63,684 nucleotides of DNA from a virus (Duplodnaviria > Caudoviricetes): IMG/VR virus record IMGVR_UViG_3300038315_001014, positions 1 through 63,684 of that record. One strand, given 5' to 3'. Below, one piece after another: positions 38,327 to 46,504 of this stretch (its first letter is position 1; each line of letters opens with the position of its first letter). The notes under the pieces were generated by a model that was not told the DNA's origin, did not search any database, and saw only the letters and a list, made by a program, of their open reading frames with translations. The position numbers and the translations under genes are program-made.

Positions 38327-40153
38327 ATGAACCTCATAACAGTTGATTTTGAAACGTACTACGACAAGACGTACAATCTGTCGAAACTCACAACAGAGGA
38401 ATATATCCGAAGCCAGTTATATCAAACCATTGGCGTTGCTGTTAAAGTTAACAACGGGAAAGCTGAATGGGCTAGTGGCACACATGAACAGCTCAAAGAA
38501 GATTTGCACACTTATGATTGGGAGAACAGTATCTTACTCGCTCACAATTGTGCTTTCGACGGTGCTATTGCTAGTTGGCTTTTTGACATTCACCCCCGCG
38601 CTTATGCTGATACTTTATGTATTGCCCGTGCCCTACATGGAGTAGAGGCTGGTGGTAGCCTCGCTAAGCTTGCTAAAAGATATAATATTGGCACCAAGGG
38701 AGAGGAAGTTGTGAACGCCCTTGGGAAGCACCGAGAAGACTTCACAAAAAAGGAGCTAGCAAAATATGGCGACTACTGTATTAATGACGTGGAATTATGT
38801 TTTGAGCTGTTTAAGATCTTAGGAGCAAATTTCCCCGCTAGCGAGATGAAAGTTATAGACACAACACTAAAAATGTTTGTAGAACCTAAACTAAAACTCA
38901 ATGTGCCCTTATTAAATGAACATCTAATACATGTAAAACAGGATAAAGCAGAGTTGCTAAAAAATGTAGGGGCTACTAAAAAGGAACTTATGAGTAATCC
39001 TAAGTTTGCTGGTGCTTTAAAGGATCTTGGGGTGTCCCCCCCGATAAAAACTAGCCCCACTACAGGTAAAGAAACCTATGCATTTGCTAAAACAGATAAA
39101 GACTTCTTAGCACTGCAGGAGCATCCCGACATACGTGTACAAGCTCTTATGGCAGCTCGGATGGGCAGCAAAAGCACCTTAGAAGAAACACGCACAGAAC
39201 GGCTTCTGAACATCGCTGCGCGAGGTAACTTCCCTGTCCCTATAAAATACTATGCTGCACATACTGGCAGATTTGGCGGGTGGGATAATGTAAATATTCA
39301 AAATCTCCCTAGCCGCAAAGGAAAATACGCTAAGGTGCTTAAGAAAGCTATCATAGCCCCACCAAAACATATGCTCATAGACTGTGATTCTTCACAAATT
39401 GAAGCGCGGGTGCTAGCGTGGTGGGCAGAGCAAAATGATCTAGTAGAAGCTTTTCGTAATGATGATCCTGTATACGAACAGATGGCTGCTGAAATTTATG
39501 AAGTCCCCATAGAGGAAGTAACACCCCCCAACAGATTTGTTGGAAAAACCACAATCTTAGGTAGTGGCTACGGTATGGGAGCATTGAGGCTCCAAATGCA
39601 GCTGAAAACTGAAGGTATAGAAATGGAACTCGACGAATGTAGACGGGTAATAAATGTCTACCGGAGTAAGCAAAATAAAATCAAAGACCTGTGGAAAACT
39701 GCGCAAAGCATGCTAGCTGCGATGAACAACGATACAGATTACTCTCTGGGACGGGAAGGAGTTGTATCTATCTTACCAAAAGATAATGCTGTGCAACTAC
39801 CAAATGGGCTGCTCATGAGGTACGGTAATTTGTCTCATGAAGCAGGGCAGTATGGGCCAGAGTTTTCTTACAGCACCCGTAAAGGGCGGGTCAAAATTTA
39901 CGGCGGCAAGGTTGTTGAAAATATCTGTCAAGCTCTCGCAAGAATTATTATCACTGACCAAATGCTGCAGATATCTAAGAAATGTAAAGTAGTGTTAATG
40001 GTGCACGATTCTATAGTTGTTTGCGTCCACGAAGTTGAAGTTGCACCTGCACGTAAGTTTATTGAAAAGATAATGCGCACTCCACCAACTTGGGCAGAAG
40101 GATTGCCATTGAATTGCGCATCAGGCTGCGCAGATGCTTATGGAGATTGCTAA
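38327..40153 (+). CDS. polA: Family A DNA polymerase (3'-5' exonuclease plus polymerase)
   Basis: DFET, HNCAFD and YCIND exonuclease motifs; HTGR; NIQNLP; motif A DSSQIEARV; motif B RFVGKTTILGSGYG; motif C VHDS. Confidence 0.95.
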   Translation: MNLITVDFETYYDKTYNLSKLTTEEYIRSQLYQTIGVAVKVNNGKAEWASGTHEQLKEDLHTYDWENSILLAHNCAFDGAIASWLFDIHPRAYADTLCIARALHGVEAGGSLAKLAKRYNIGTKGEEVVNALGKHREDFTKKELAKYGDYCINDVELCFELFKILGANFPASEMKVIDTTLKMFVEPKLKLNVPLLNEHLIHVKQDKAELLKNVGATKKELMSNPKFAGALKDLGVSPPIKTSPTTGKETYAFAKTDKDFLALQEHPDIRVQALMAARMGSKSTLEETRTERLLNIAARGNFPVPIKYYAAHTGRFGGWDNVNIQNLPSRKGKYAKVLKKAIIAPPKHMLIDCDSSQIEARVLAWWAEQNDLVEAFRNDDPVYEQMAAEIYEVPIEEVTPPNRFVGKTTILGSGYGMGALRLQMQLKTEGIEMELDECRRVINVYRSKQNKIKDLWKTAQSMLAAMNNDTDYSLGREGVVSILPKDNAVQLPNGLLMRYGNLSHEAGQYGPEFSYSTRKGRVKIYGGKVVENICQALARIIITDQMLQISKKCKVVLMVHDSIVVCVHEVEVAPARKFIEKIMRTPPTWAEGLPLNCASGCADAYGDC

Positions 40154-40851
40154 TGGTTAAAGACGCAGTATATAGAGAGCAAAATATCCTCCCGTGGTCA
40201 TACACAAAGATACATAATTTTGAGCAATGTCCGAAGCAGTTTTACCACCTCGATGTAGTAAAAGATTATGAGAAAGAGTTTTCTGACACTTCGATACAAT
40301 ACGGTAATGAATTTCACAAAGCTGCTGAGGCATATGTATCTATAGGTAAAGCACTCCCTGTAAAATTTCAGTACGCGAAAAATATGATAGATGCGCTAAA
40401 AGAAAAACGGGGTGACATTCTATGTGAGTATAAAATGGGGCTGACAAGAAATTTAGCTGCATGTGATTTCTTTGATAAAGTAGTTTGGTGGCGCGGAGTA
40501 ATTGACTTATTAATAGTCAATGAAGACGCTAAGTACGCTTATGTAGTGGACTACAAAACAGGTTCTAACAAATATGCTGATCTTGATCAACTTGCTCTAA
40601 TGGCGCTAGGTACCTTTGCTCACTTCCCATTTGTCGAAGAAGTTCGAGCAGGGCTTCTATTTGTTAGAGCTAAAGATTTTATCAGGCAAACCTATACAAA
40701 ACCCGAACAGAGCGACATGTGGGATGGTTGGATGCGTCGTATGCTTCGTCTGAAGAAAGCTTGCGATACTGATGTATGGAACCCAAACTCTAGCGGATTA
40801 TGCAAAGCACATTGTCCAGTAACTGAATGCCCGCATAATGGGAGGAACTAA
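40153..40851 (+). CDS. PD-(D/E)XK Cas4-like exonuclease
   Basis: WSY..CP, GNEFH, GVID, DYKTG, QL and C-terminal C..HCP...C. Confidence 0.85.
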   Translation: MVKDAVYREQNILPWSYTKIHNFEQCPKQFYHLDVVKDYEKEFSDTSIQYGNEFHKAAEAYVSIGKALPVKFQYAKNMIDALKEKRGDILCEYKMGLTRNLAACDFFDKVVWWRGVIDLLIVNEDAKYAYVVDYKTGSNKYADLDQLALMALGTFAHFPFVEEVRAGLLFVRAKDFIRQTYTKPEQSDMWDGWMRRMLRLKKACDTDVWNPNSSGLCKAHCPVTECPHNGRN

Positions 40852-41246
40852 TGAGTGAAAACAAACTAGACCCAGATGTTGTATGGATACGAGAACTATG
40901 TAACTTAAACATATTTAGTGAGGTACTAGCAAAAGAATTTCAAAGAGTCGCAGATAGGTTAGAAAAATACGTAGAAGAAGAAGAAGAAGAAACCCCAACT
41001 GTAGATGTTAGTAGTATGATATCCACAGTTCTGCAAGTACGAGATGATGACCCCCAAAAAATTCGTAGGCTCTATACAGGGGGTAGGTTGGATTGGATAG
41101 TTGATTTCATATACTCAATGGAAAAGTTAGTCCCTAACCCAGAAAGGATTTCAGTAAAACAAGAAACCAGCCTTACAGAACTTTATGAGCGGTTAACTGC
41201 GGAAGAGCCAGAACTTGCTCAAGTTATTGAGCGGTGGAGGGAATAA
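40851..41246 (+). CDS. Hypothetical protein
   Basis: TAATG coupling. Confidence 0.6.
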   Translation: MSENKLDPDVVWIRELCNLNIFSEVLAKEFQRVADRLEKYVEEEEEETPTVDVSSMISTVLQVRDDDPQKIRRLYTGGRLDWIVDFIYSMEKLVPNPERISVKQETSLTELYERLTAEEPELAQVIERWRE

Positions 41247-41247
41247 A

Positions 41248-41616
41248 ATGACTGAAGACCAAGCAACAAAAGAAGAAGCTGCAGCAGCTAAAATAACTTT
41301 GCTACGGGATGAAGAAATAGATCTCTTAGTAAAAAGAAAAGTACATGAAGTTGTTGAAAGGCAAGTAGTACATATGTTAATGAGGTCGCTAGACCACATA
41401 ATATACGATTACATAGGGGCTAAAATTAATATAGACACCCCGGCTGTGTTCCTGAATAGAATTAAGTTAGATAGAGACTACGAAAACCTAATGACTTTTT
41501 TTAGAAGGCTTTTGATTTTAGCTATAAGTGACGAAGACATATTCGTTAAAAACATCCCCATAGATCAGTTGTATGGAAACGAAACTTTAAAGATACTAAG
41601 AAAGTTACTAAGATGA
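41248..41616 (+). CDS. Hypothetical protein (MTEDQAT...)
   Basis: GGAGG RBS; N-terminus similar to the next ORF. Confidence 0.6.
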   Translation: MTEDQATKEEAAAAKITLLRDEEIDLLVKRKVHEVVERQVVHMLMRSLDHIIYDYIGAKINIDTPAVFLNRIKLDRDYENLMTFFRRLLILAISDEDIFVKNIPIDQLYGNETLKILRKLLR

Positions 41617-41864
41617 CTGACGAAGACCAAGCAACCCCAGAAGAGATCGCAGATACAAAGCTAATGCTGGAAGTAGAAACTATTATGGTAGAGAAAATAA
41701 AACAGGCTCTCTTACAGCTAGTATATGAAGATCCTTATTTTATGCGTACATTACTCCAAGAACCGCATGTCATGTACCACCGGCCTGCTGCAGCGATGGA
41801 CACTGATTTCGATACTGGCAACAGTCGGTATAAAGCGCGGGAACGATATTCCGGTGACAGGTAG
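41613..41864 (+). CDS. Hypothetical protein whose C-terminus is copied from the major capsid gene
   Basis: AMDTDFDTGNSRYKARERYS is identical to the MCP. Confidence 0.6.
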   Translation: MTDEDQATPEEIADTKLMLEVETIMVEKIKQALLQLVYEDPYFMRTLLQEPHVMYHRPAAAMDTDFDTGNSRYKARERYSGDR

Positions 41865-41905
41865 AGAATTGCACCCCCATCCGAAGACAGGGCTGGAGAA
41901 GCGCC

Positions 41906-42151
41906 ATGAAGACTGAACTTATGGGAATGGTTCGGCTGAAGATATTGAGGGCTGGCAGCGTCGGTAAGCTCGCTGATACCACGTCTATAGACAGGGCGTA
42001 TCTGTCAAGGCTGGCACGAGGGCTGAAGGAGAATCCAAGCGAGAGAGTCTTGGACGAACTTGGGATTGAACGGGTATCGTACTATGTTTGGAAAGACCCA
42101 AAAGACGAACCCCAAACCGAAGAGGAATGCTGGCTTTTATTGGAGGACTAA
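41906..42151 (+). CDS. XRE/Cro-like HTH protein
   Basis: SVGKLADTTSIDRAYLSRLARG...PS..VL..LG. Confidence 0.75.
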   Translation: MKTELMGMVRLKILRAGSVGKLADTTSIDRAYLSRLARGLKENPSERVLDELGIERVSYYVWKDPKDEPQTEEECWLLLED

Positions 42152-42185
42152 AATGAGCGAGTTCTTCACGAATTGGAGTACTAAT

Positions 42186-42440
42186 ATGCCTTACGTAAAT
42201 AAACCTAGACCATATAAAAAGGAATACCAACAGCAGAAAGCAAGAGGGGAACACAAAAACCGGATGGAACGACAGCGTGCTAGACGCGATTACGATAAGC
42301 GCGGGGTCAACCGCAAAGGTAAAGATATTCACCACAACAAAGCTTTGAGCAAAGGTGGGTCTAACAAAGATGGCACAAGACTTCAAAGCCCAAGCAAAAA
42401 TAGAGCAAACAATACCCATAAAAAGAGGGAGCAAAGATGA
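42186..42440 (+). CDS. Small HNH endonuclease-like protein
   Basis: MPYVNKPRPYKKEY and KDIHH..ALSKGGSN...NRA.N. Confidence 0.75.
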   Translation: MPYVNKPRPYKKEYQQQKARGEHKNRMERQRARRDYDKRGVNRKGKDIHHNKALSKGGSNKDGTRLQSPSKNRANNTHKKREQR

Positions 42441-42649
42441 AAGATGCTAAAATTCTTGCGGCCATAAACAAGGAACATAAAGCAACGATGACCAGCGAAG
42501 GCTAGCTTTTATTGGGGGATTAAAATGAGCGAGTTCTTCACGAATTTGGAAACGATGGACAGTGTATTTTATGTAGGGTACACCCTCCTTATCGTACTAT
42601 GTGTGGTACTTATCGCTAATAGGGAAAAGTGTAAGAAGGAGGAAAAGTA

Positions 42650-42790
42650 ATGCCTTCAAGTACAGAAAAGCAACGCAAATTCATGGGTGCAGAGTTAGCC
42701 AGAAAACGTAAAGGCAAGAAAACAAAAACTAAAATGTCTGCAAAGCAACTAAGTGATTTCGCTAAGAAGAAAAAGAAGAAAACAAGATAA
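42650..42790 (+). CDS. Small very basic protein (46 aa, DUF3008-like)
   Basis: MPSSTEKQRKFMGAELARKRKG...MSAKQLSDFA; AGGAGG RBS. Confidence 0.65.
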   Translation: MPSSTEKQRKFMGAELARKRKGKKTKTKMSAKQLSDFAKKKKKKTR

Positions 42791-42791
42791 T

Positions 42792-42866
42792 TGCAGAGTG
42801 GAGAAGTGGTATCTAGTTGGACTCATAATCTGAAGGTCGAGGGTTCAAATCCCTCCTCTGCTACCA
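42792..42866 (+). tRNA. tRNA with CAT anticodon (Met/fMet-like)
   Basis: GCAGAG/CTCTGC acceptor with a 1:72 mismatch, CT-CAT-AA loop, GAGGG-TTCAAAT-CCCTC T arm and encoded CCA. Confidence 0.85.
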
Positions 42867-42918
42867 ATTTACCAGGAAAACCGTTGCCTGCTTAAAGTAC
42901 GGTACTAGGAGAACGACA

Positions 42919-43341
42919 ATGACTGAAATGGTTATAATTTCTGAAGAGCAAGCAACGGCACTTACATCGTTAGGTGTTACTGTAAAGAAATGTTATGCAA
43001 TCCCTAAAACTTTAGTGAGCATATTTAGTTCATTAGGGAAAGGGACCACACGAGCAACACCAAAAAGGAGGAAAGCAACAAAAGGCCCTAGCGTTAAAGC
43101 TATGAAGCTCGGTCTTAACGCTGAGAAGTTAGCTGAAAAAATATCAGAAGCTAGTATTACTGGACTAGCTGTAAAAACTATTGTGGGTGAAATGGACCCT
43201 AAGTATGTCTACCGCAGAGAAACTTTAACCACGATGTTAAAAAATGTAGGGCTTACTGGTGGGCGTTTGCATTGGCCCCTAACTGAGTTAGTACATAGAG
43301 GAATTCTTGTAGCTGCTCCACGGCATTCTGCTACGCGATGA
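42919..43341 (+). CDS. Basic hypothetical protein (possible wHTH C-terminus)
   Basis: AGGAGAACG RBS; LTELVHRGIL. Confidence 0.6.
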   Translation: MTEMVIISEEQATALTSLGVTVKKCYAIPKTLVSIFSSLGKGTTRATPKRRKATKGPSVKAMKLGLNAEKLAEKISEASITGLAVKTIVGEMDPKYVYRRETLTTMLKNVGLTGGRLHWPLTELVHRGILVAAPRHSATR

Positions 43342-43357
43342 CACTTAAGCTACTTTT

Positions 43358-43716
43358 GGTAGGTGGGGCGAGGCGTGGTGATGTAAGGTAAGGAACGGCT
43401 AGGTGTGGTAAGGCAGGTAAGGTTAGGTAAGGTTAGGTAAGTTCAGGTGGGGTGTGGTTGGGTAAGGCAGGTTTGGTATGGTTCGGTTTGGTGCGGTAGT
43501 ATGGGGTCGGGTATGGTCAGGTTGGGTAAGGCAGGTTTGGTATGGTTCAGTTTGGTGGGGTCAGGTGGGGTCGGGTATGGTCAGGTTGGGTAAGGCAGGT
43601 AAGGTTAGGTAAGTTCAGGTGGGGTCGGGCCGGGTACGGTCGGGTAAGTTGCGGCATGGTGAGGCAGGTAGGGTAGGGTAAGGTTAGGCGTGGTGATGTA
43701 TGGTGAGGTAAGGTTT
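43358..43716 (+). ncRNA. GGY-NN pentamer array with 6 units; putative multi-guide RNA
   Basis: 67 pentamers in strict 5-nt register. Units begin at GGTA (43358) and GGCA (43412, 43466, 43530, 43594, 43663). The repeat is certain; the RNA function is inferred. Confidence 0.75.
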
Positions 43717-43744
43717 TAATTTTAATTTTAATTTTAATTTTAAT
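43713..43744 (+). repeat. (TTTTAA)5 tract between the array and the RBS
   Basis: Seen directly; followed by CAGGAG RBS and ATG at 43757. Confidence 0.9.
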
Positions 43745-43756
43745 CAGGAGAGCAAC

Positions 43757-44386
43757 ATGAGTGTTCAAACAGAAAGTAATGTAGTTGTACTAAATAAACT
43801 AAATATTATAAAAGCACCAGTAATACTAATTGGTGATTCCCCTATTTTAATGCATAAGTGGTCAGACAAAGCAAAGAAAGAAATGCTTGATAAACAAATG
43901 GGGAAAAATACGAAGCAACGAGGGAAGAAAAATCCAGAGCAAGACTACAAAGAATCTATGCATAAATGTAGCGATGGACCTACAAAATATGGATTTCCCG
44001 CTAATGGAGTTAAGGCATGTGCCTGTCGTGGAGCTAAAGAAGTTGCTGGCCTTGATATGACTAAAGCACGCACCAGTTTTCATGTATTAGGAGAGTTAGT
44101 TCCTATTTATGGATCTCCAGAAATGCATGAGTCTATGGTACGAATTGCGCAAACAACTGACATTCGGTACCGTGGAATTTTTAATGAATGGGCAACTAGG
44201 TTTACTGTACGATTTAATGCTGACATCATTACATATGACCAGATTGTAAATATTTTTGAATATGGTGGTTTTGGTTGTGGCATAGGTGAGTGGCGACCAG
44301 CACGAAATGGTACTATGGGTATGTTTCATGTTGGTACTGAAGAAGAACTTACCTACTATATTAATAAGTATGGGGAGAAAGAATAA
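43757..44386 (+). CDS. Stand-alone Cas7/RAMP-like RNA-binding protein
   Basis: ILIGDSPILMH (beta1), YGFPANGVKAC (compare RAMP IPGSSLKG) and a C-terminal Gly-rich loop GGFGCGIGEWRPARNGTMGMF. Confidence 0.7.
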   Translation: MSVQTESNVVVLNKLNIIKAPVILIGDSPILMHKWSDKAKKEMLDKQMGKNTKQRGKKNPEQDYKESMHKCSDGPTKYGFPANGVKACACRGAKEVAGLDMTKARTSFHVLGELVPIYGSPEMHESMVRIAQTTDIRYRGIFNEWATRFTVRFNADIITYDQIVNIFEYGGFGCGIGEWRPARNGTMGMFHVGTEEELTYYINKYGEKE

Positions 44387-44847
44387 TGATTTATAAGTTT
44401 AAGAGTAGTACAAGGCCAACAGAAGAGTCTCAGCAGGTAGGTGAGACTCTTCTACAAATAAAAAAAGACCAGGATGTTTTACACGCATGTGAAGTTGTAG
44501 CACAAGCAAAAGAAAAAGATTCGGTACTACATAAATACTTTCAGTGGGACGATACTTTAGCAGCGGAGCAGCACCGACTTAACCAAGCAAGACACTTAAT
44601 TACCTCTGTAGAAATTGTTAGGGAAACTGGGGATAATCGTTCAATTACTATACCTGCGTATACACATTTACGTGTAGATAAACACGGGTACAGAGACACA
44701 GAAGAAGTGTATTCAGTTCAAGATCTACGTAGTTCTTTAGTTACGCAACTAAAAATAGACTGGGAAACACTAAAGAAAAAACATGATTCTGTACTACAAG
44801 AAATAGCTTCTTTTGAATCGTTTAACTCGGAAGTTACAAACCTATGA
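44386..44847 (+). CDS. Hypothetical partner protein of the RAMP-like gene
   Basis: TAATG coupling; SVLHKYFQWDD..AA.QHRL.QARHLI motif. Confidence 0.7.
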   Translation: MIYKFKSSTRPTEESQQVGETLLQIKKDQDVLHACEVVAQAKEKDSVLHKYFQWDDTLAAEQHRLNQARHLITSVEIVRETGDNRSITIPAYTHLRVDKHGYRDTEEVYSVQDLRSSLVTQLKIDWETLKKKHDSVLQEIASFESFNSEVTNL

Positions 44848-44893
44848 ACCTCATAACAGTGGATAGCCCTGAATATTGACAGTGAAGCGCCTT

Positions 44894-46429
44894 ATGGAAA
44901 TAATTCAAAATAAAGCACTACTAATCACGCTAAAAGACCCCCTACCTGTACTAAATGCCATACCAAAAAGTAAACAGGTAGGAGATAAAACACTTGTTTA
45001 CTGGGGCATAGATGAAGTACATAAGCTAAAGGAGCTTGGAGTAGACGCACCCTCTCCTATGGAACGAAAGTATCTTTGGACGCAGTGTATGATGACTCCC
45101 TTTGAACATCAAATCAAAACTGCTGCGTTCCTCACCCTATACAAACGCGCCTTCTGTTTTAACGAGCAAGGTACAGGGAAAACTGCCAGTGCAATATGGG
45201 CAAGCGATTATTTAATGAGCCTAGGAATTATTCATCGTGTACTAGTTATCTGCCCTTTGTCCATTATGGACACTGCATGGCGAGCAGAAATGTTTGACTG
45301 TGCTATGCACCGTACTGTAGATATAGCTTACGGCAGTGCAAAAAAACGTGCCACTATCATAGCAGGCAGTGCAGAGTACGTGATAATAAACTATGACGGA
45401 GTTAAGGTAGTTCATGATGAAATTAAGAAGGGGGGCTTCGATCTAATTATCGCTGACGAAGCGACTCACTATAAGAACGCAAATACTTCCCGTTGGAAGA
45501 AACTCCACAAGTTAATTACCGAAGATACTTGGGTATGGATGATGACAGGTACCCCAGCGGCGCAAAGTCCGTTGGATGCCTATGGGTTAGCTAAAATCAT
45601 TAACCCTACTGCTGTACCAAAGTGGTTCGGTTCGTTCCGTGACCTAGTAATGTTCAGGGTGAGTCAGTTTAGGTGGCTTCCGAAAGATAGCGCAACCACT
45701 ACGGTTCATCGTGTGCTGCAACCTGCTATCCGTTTTACAAAAGAAGAATGCTTAGACCTACCTGACATGGTTTACTTAACCCGCGATGTTGAGTTAACCC
45801 CACAACAGAAAAAATACTACGACGACCTAAAGAAACGAATGATCACAATAGCGGCAGGAGAGAGAATCACAGCTGTCAACGCAGCTAACATGATGAACAA
45901 ACTTCTGCAAATATCCTCCGGTGCAGTATACTCAGACGATAGTGAATCCATAGCATTTGACGTTTCGAACAGATATTCTGTTCTAAAAGAAGTCATTGAC
46001 GAGTCCAGTCACAAAGTGCTTATATTCGTTGCTTACCGGCATACAATACGAGTTGTAGCAGAAAAACTTAAAGCAGACAGTATCACAGGAGAAATAATAC
46101 AAGGCGATGTCTCAGTAACAGAACGCACTCGCATAATAAAAGCATTTCAGGAGAACCCAGACCCAAGAGTACTCATCCTTCAGCCCGCCGCCGCTGCCCA
46201 CGGTGTAACTCTCACAGCAGCAAATACTATAGTGTGGTGGAGTCCAATAAGTTCGTTAGAAACTTATTTACAGGCGAACGCTAGGGTCCACCGGGCAGGG
46301 CAGGTAAATAAGTGCAGCGTGATTCATCTACAAGGCTCTGCTATGGAACGTCACGTTTATGGACTATTGCGTAACAAAATAGACATCCATACAAAAATCA
46401 TTGAACTATACCAAGATTTGATAAAATAG
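44894..46429 (+). CDS. SNF2-family superfamily 2 helicase
   Basis: EQGTGKT, IINYD, ADEAT, MTGTP, HGVTLT and QANARVHRAGQ. Confidence 0.92.
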   Translation: MEIIQNKALLITLKDPLPVLNAIPKSKQVGDKTLVYWGIDEVHKLKELGVDAPSPMERKYLWTQCMMTPFEHQIKTAAFLTLYKRAFCFNEQGTGKTASAIWASDYLMSLGIIHRVLVICPLSIMDTAWRAEMFDCAMHRTVDIAYGSAKKRATIIAGSAEYVIINYDGVKVVHDEIKKGGFDLIIADEATHYKNANTSRWKKLHKLITEDTWVWMMTGTPAAQSPLDAYGLAKIINPTAVPKWFGSFRDLVMFRVSQFRWLPKDSATTTVHRVLQPAIRFTKEECLDLPDMVYLTRDVELTPQQKKYYDDLKKRMITIAAGERITAVNAANMMNKLLQISSGAVYSDDSESIAFDVSNRYSVLKEVIDESSHKVLIFVAYRHTIRVVAEKLKADSITGEIIQGDVSVTERTRIIKAFQENPDPRVLILQPAAAAHGVTLTAANTIVWWSPISSLETYLQANARVHRAGQVNKCSVIHLQGSAMERHVYGLLRNKIDIHTKIIELYQDLIK

Positions 46430-46442
46430 AGTACAATACAAA

Positions 46443-46504
46443 GCGAGAGTGGTGGAATGGCAGACACAACGGGTTTAAGACCCGTTGCTTTTAGGCATGA
46501 GGTT
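46443..46504 (+). pseudogene. Truncated tRNA-Leu(TAA), lacking most of the T arm and the 3' acceptor strand
   Basis: GTGGTGGAATGGCAGACAC D arm, ACGGG-TTTAAGA-CCCGT anticodon arm and a long variable arm. Confidence 0.7.

Noticed and set aside
40153-40851. Cas4-like nuclease as part of a CRISPR or array system
   Set aside because: It is coupled to polA, as is usual for phage replication exonucleases. There is no cas1 and it lies 2.5 kb from the array.
43466-43593. Units 3/4 (TT AT TC T...) targeting the palindrome read as TT.AT.TC.TG
   Set aside because: Only the first 7 informative bases agree and the rest do not, which is compatible with chance.
43358-43716. Array as only a G-quadruplex or telomere-like satellite
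   Set aside because: G4 folding is possible, but it does not explain the fixed 5-nt register, the 5n+4 punctuation or the adjacency to a RAMP-like gene. Kept only as an alternative.
43547-43768. Minus-strand 73-aa ORF over the array
   Set aside because: It is a low-complexity translation of the repeat, antisense to the operon, with no RBS; a 5-nt period does not fit coding.
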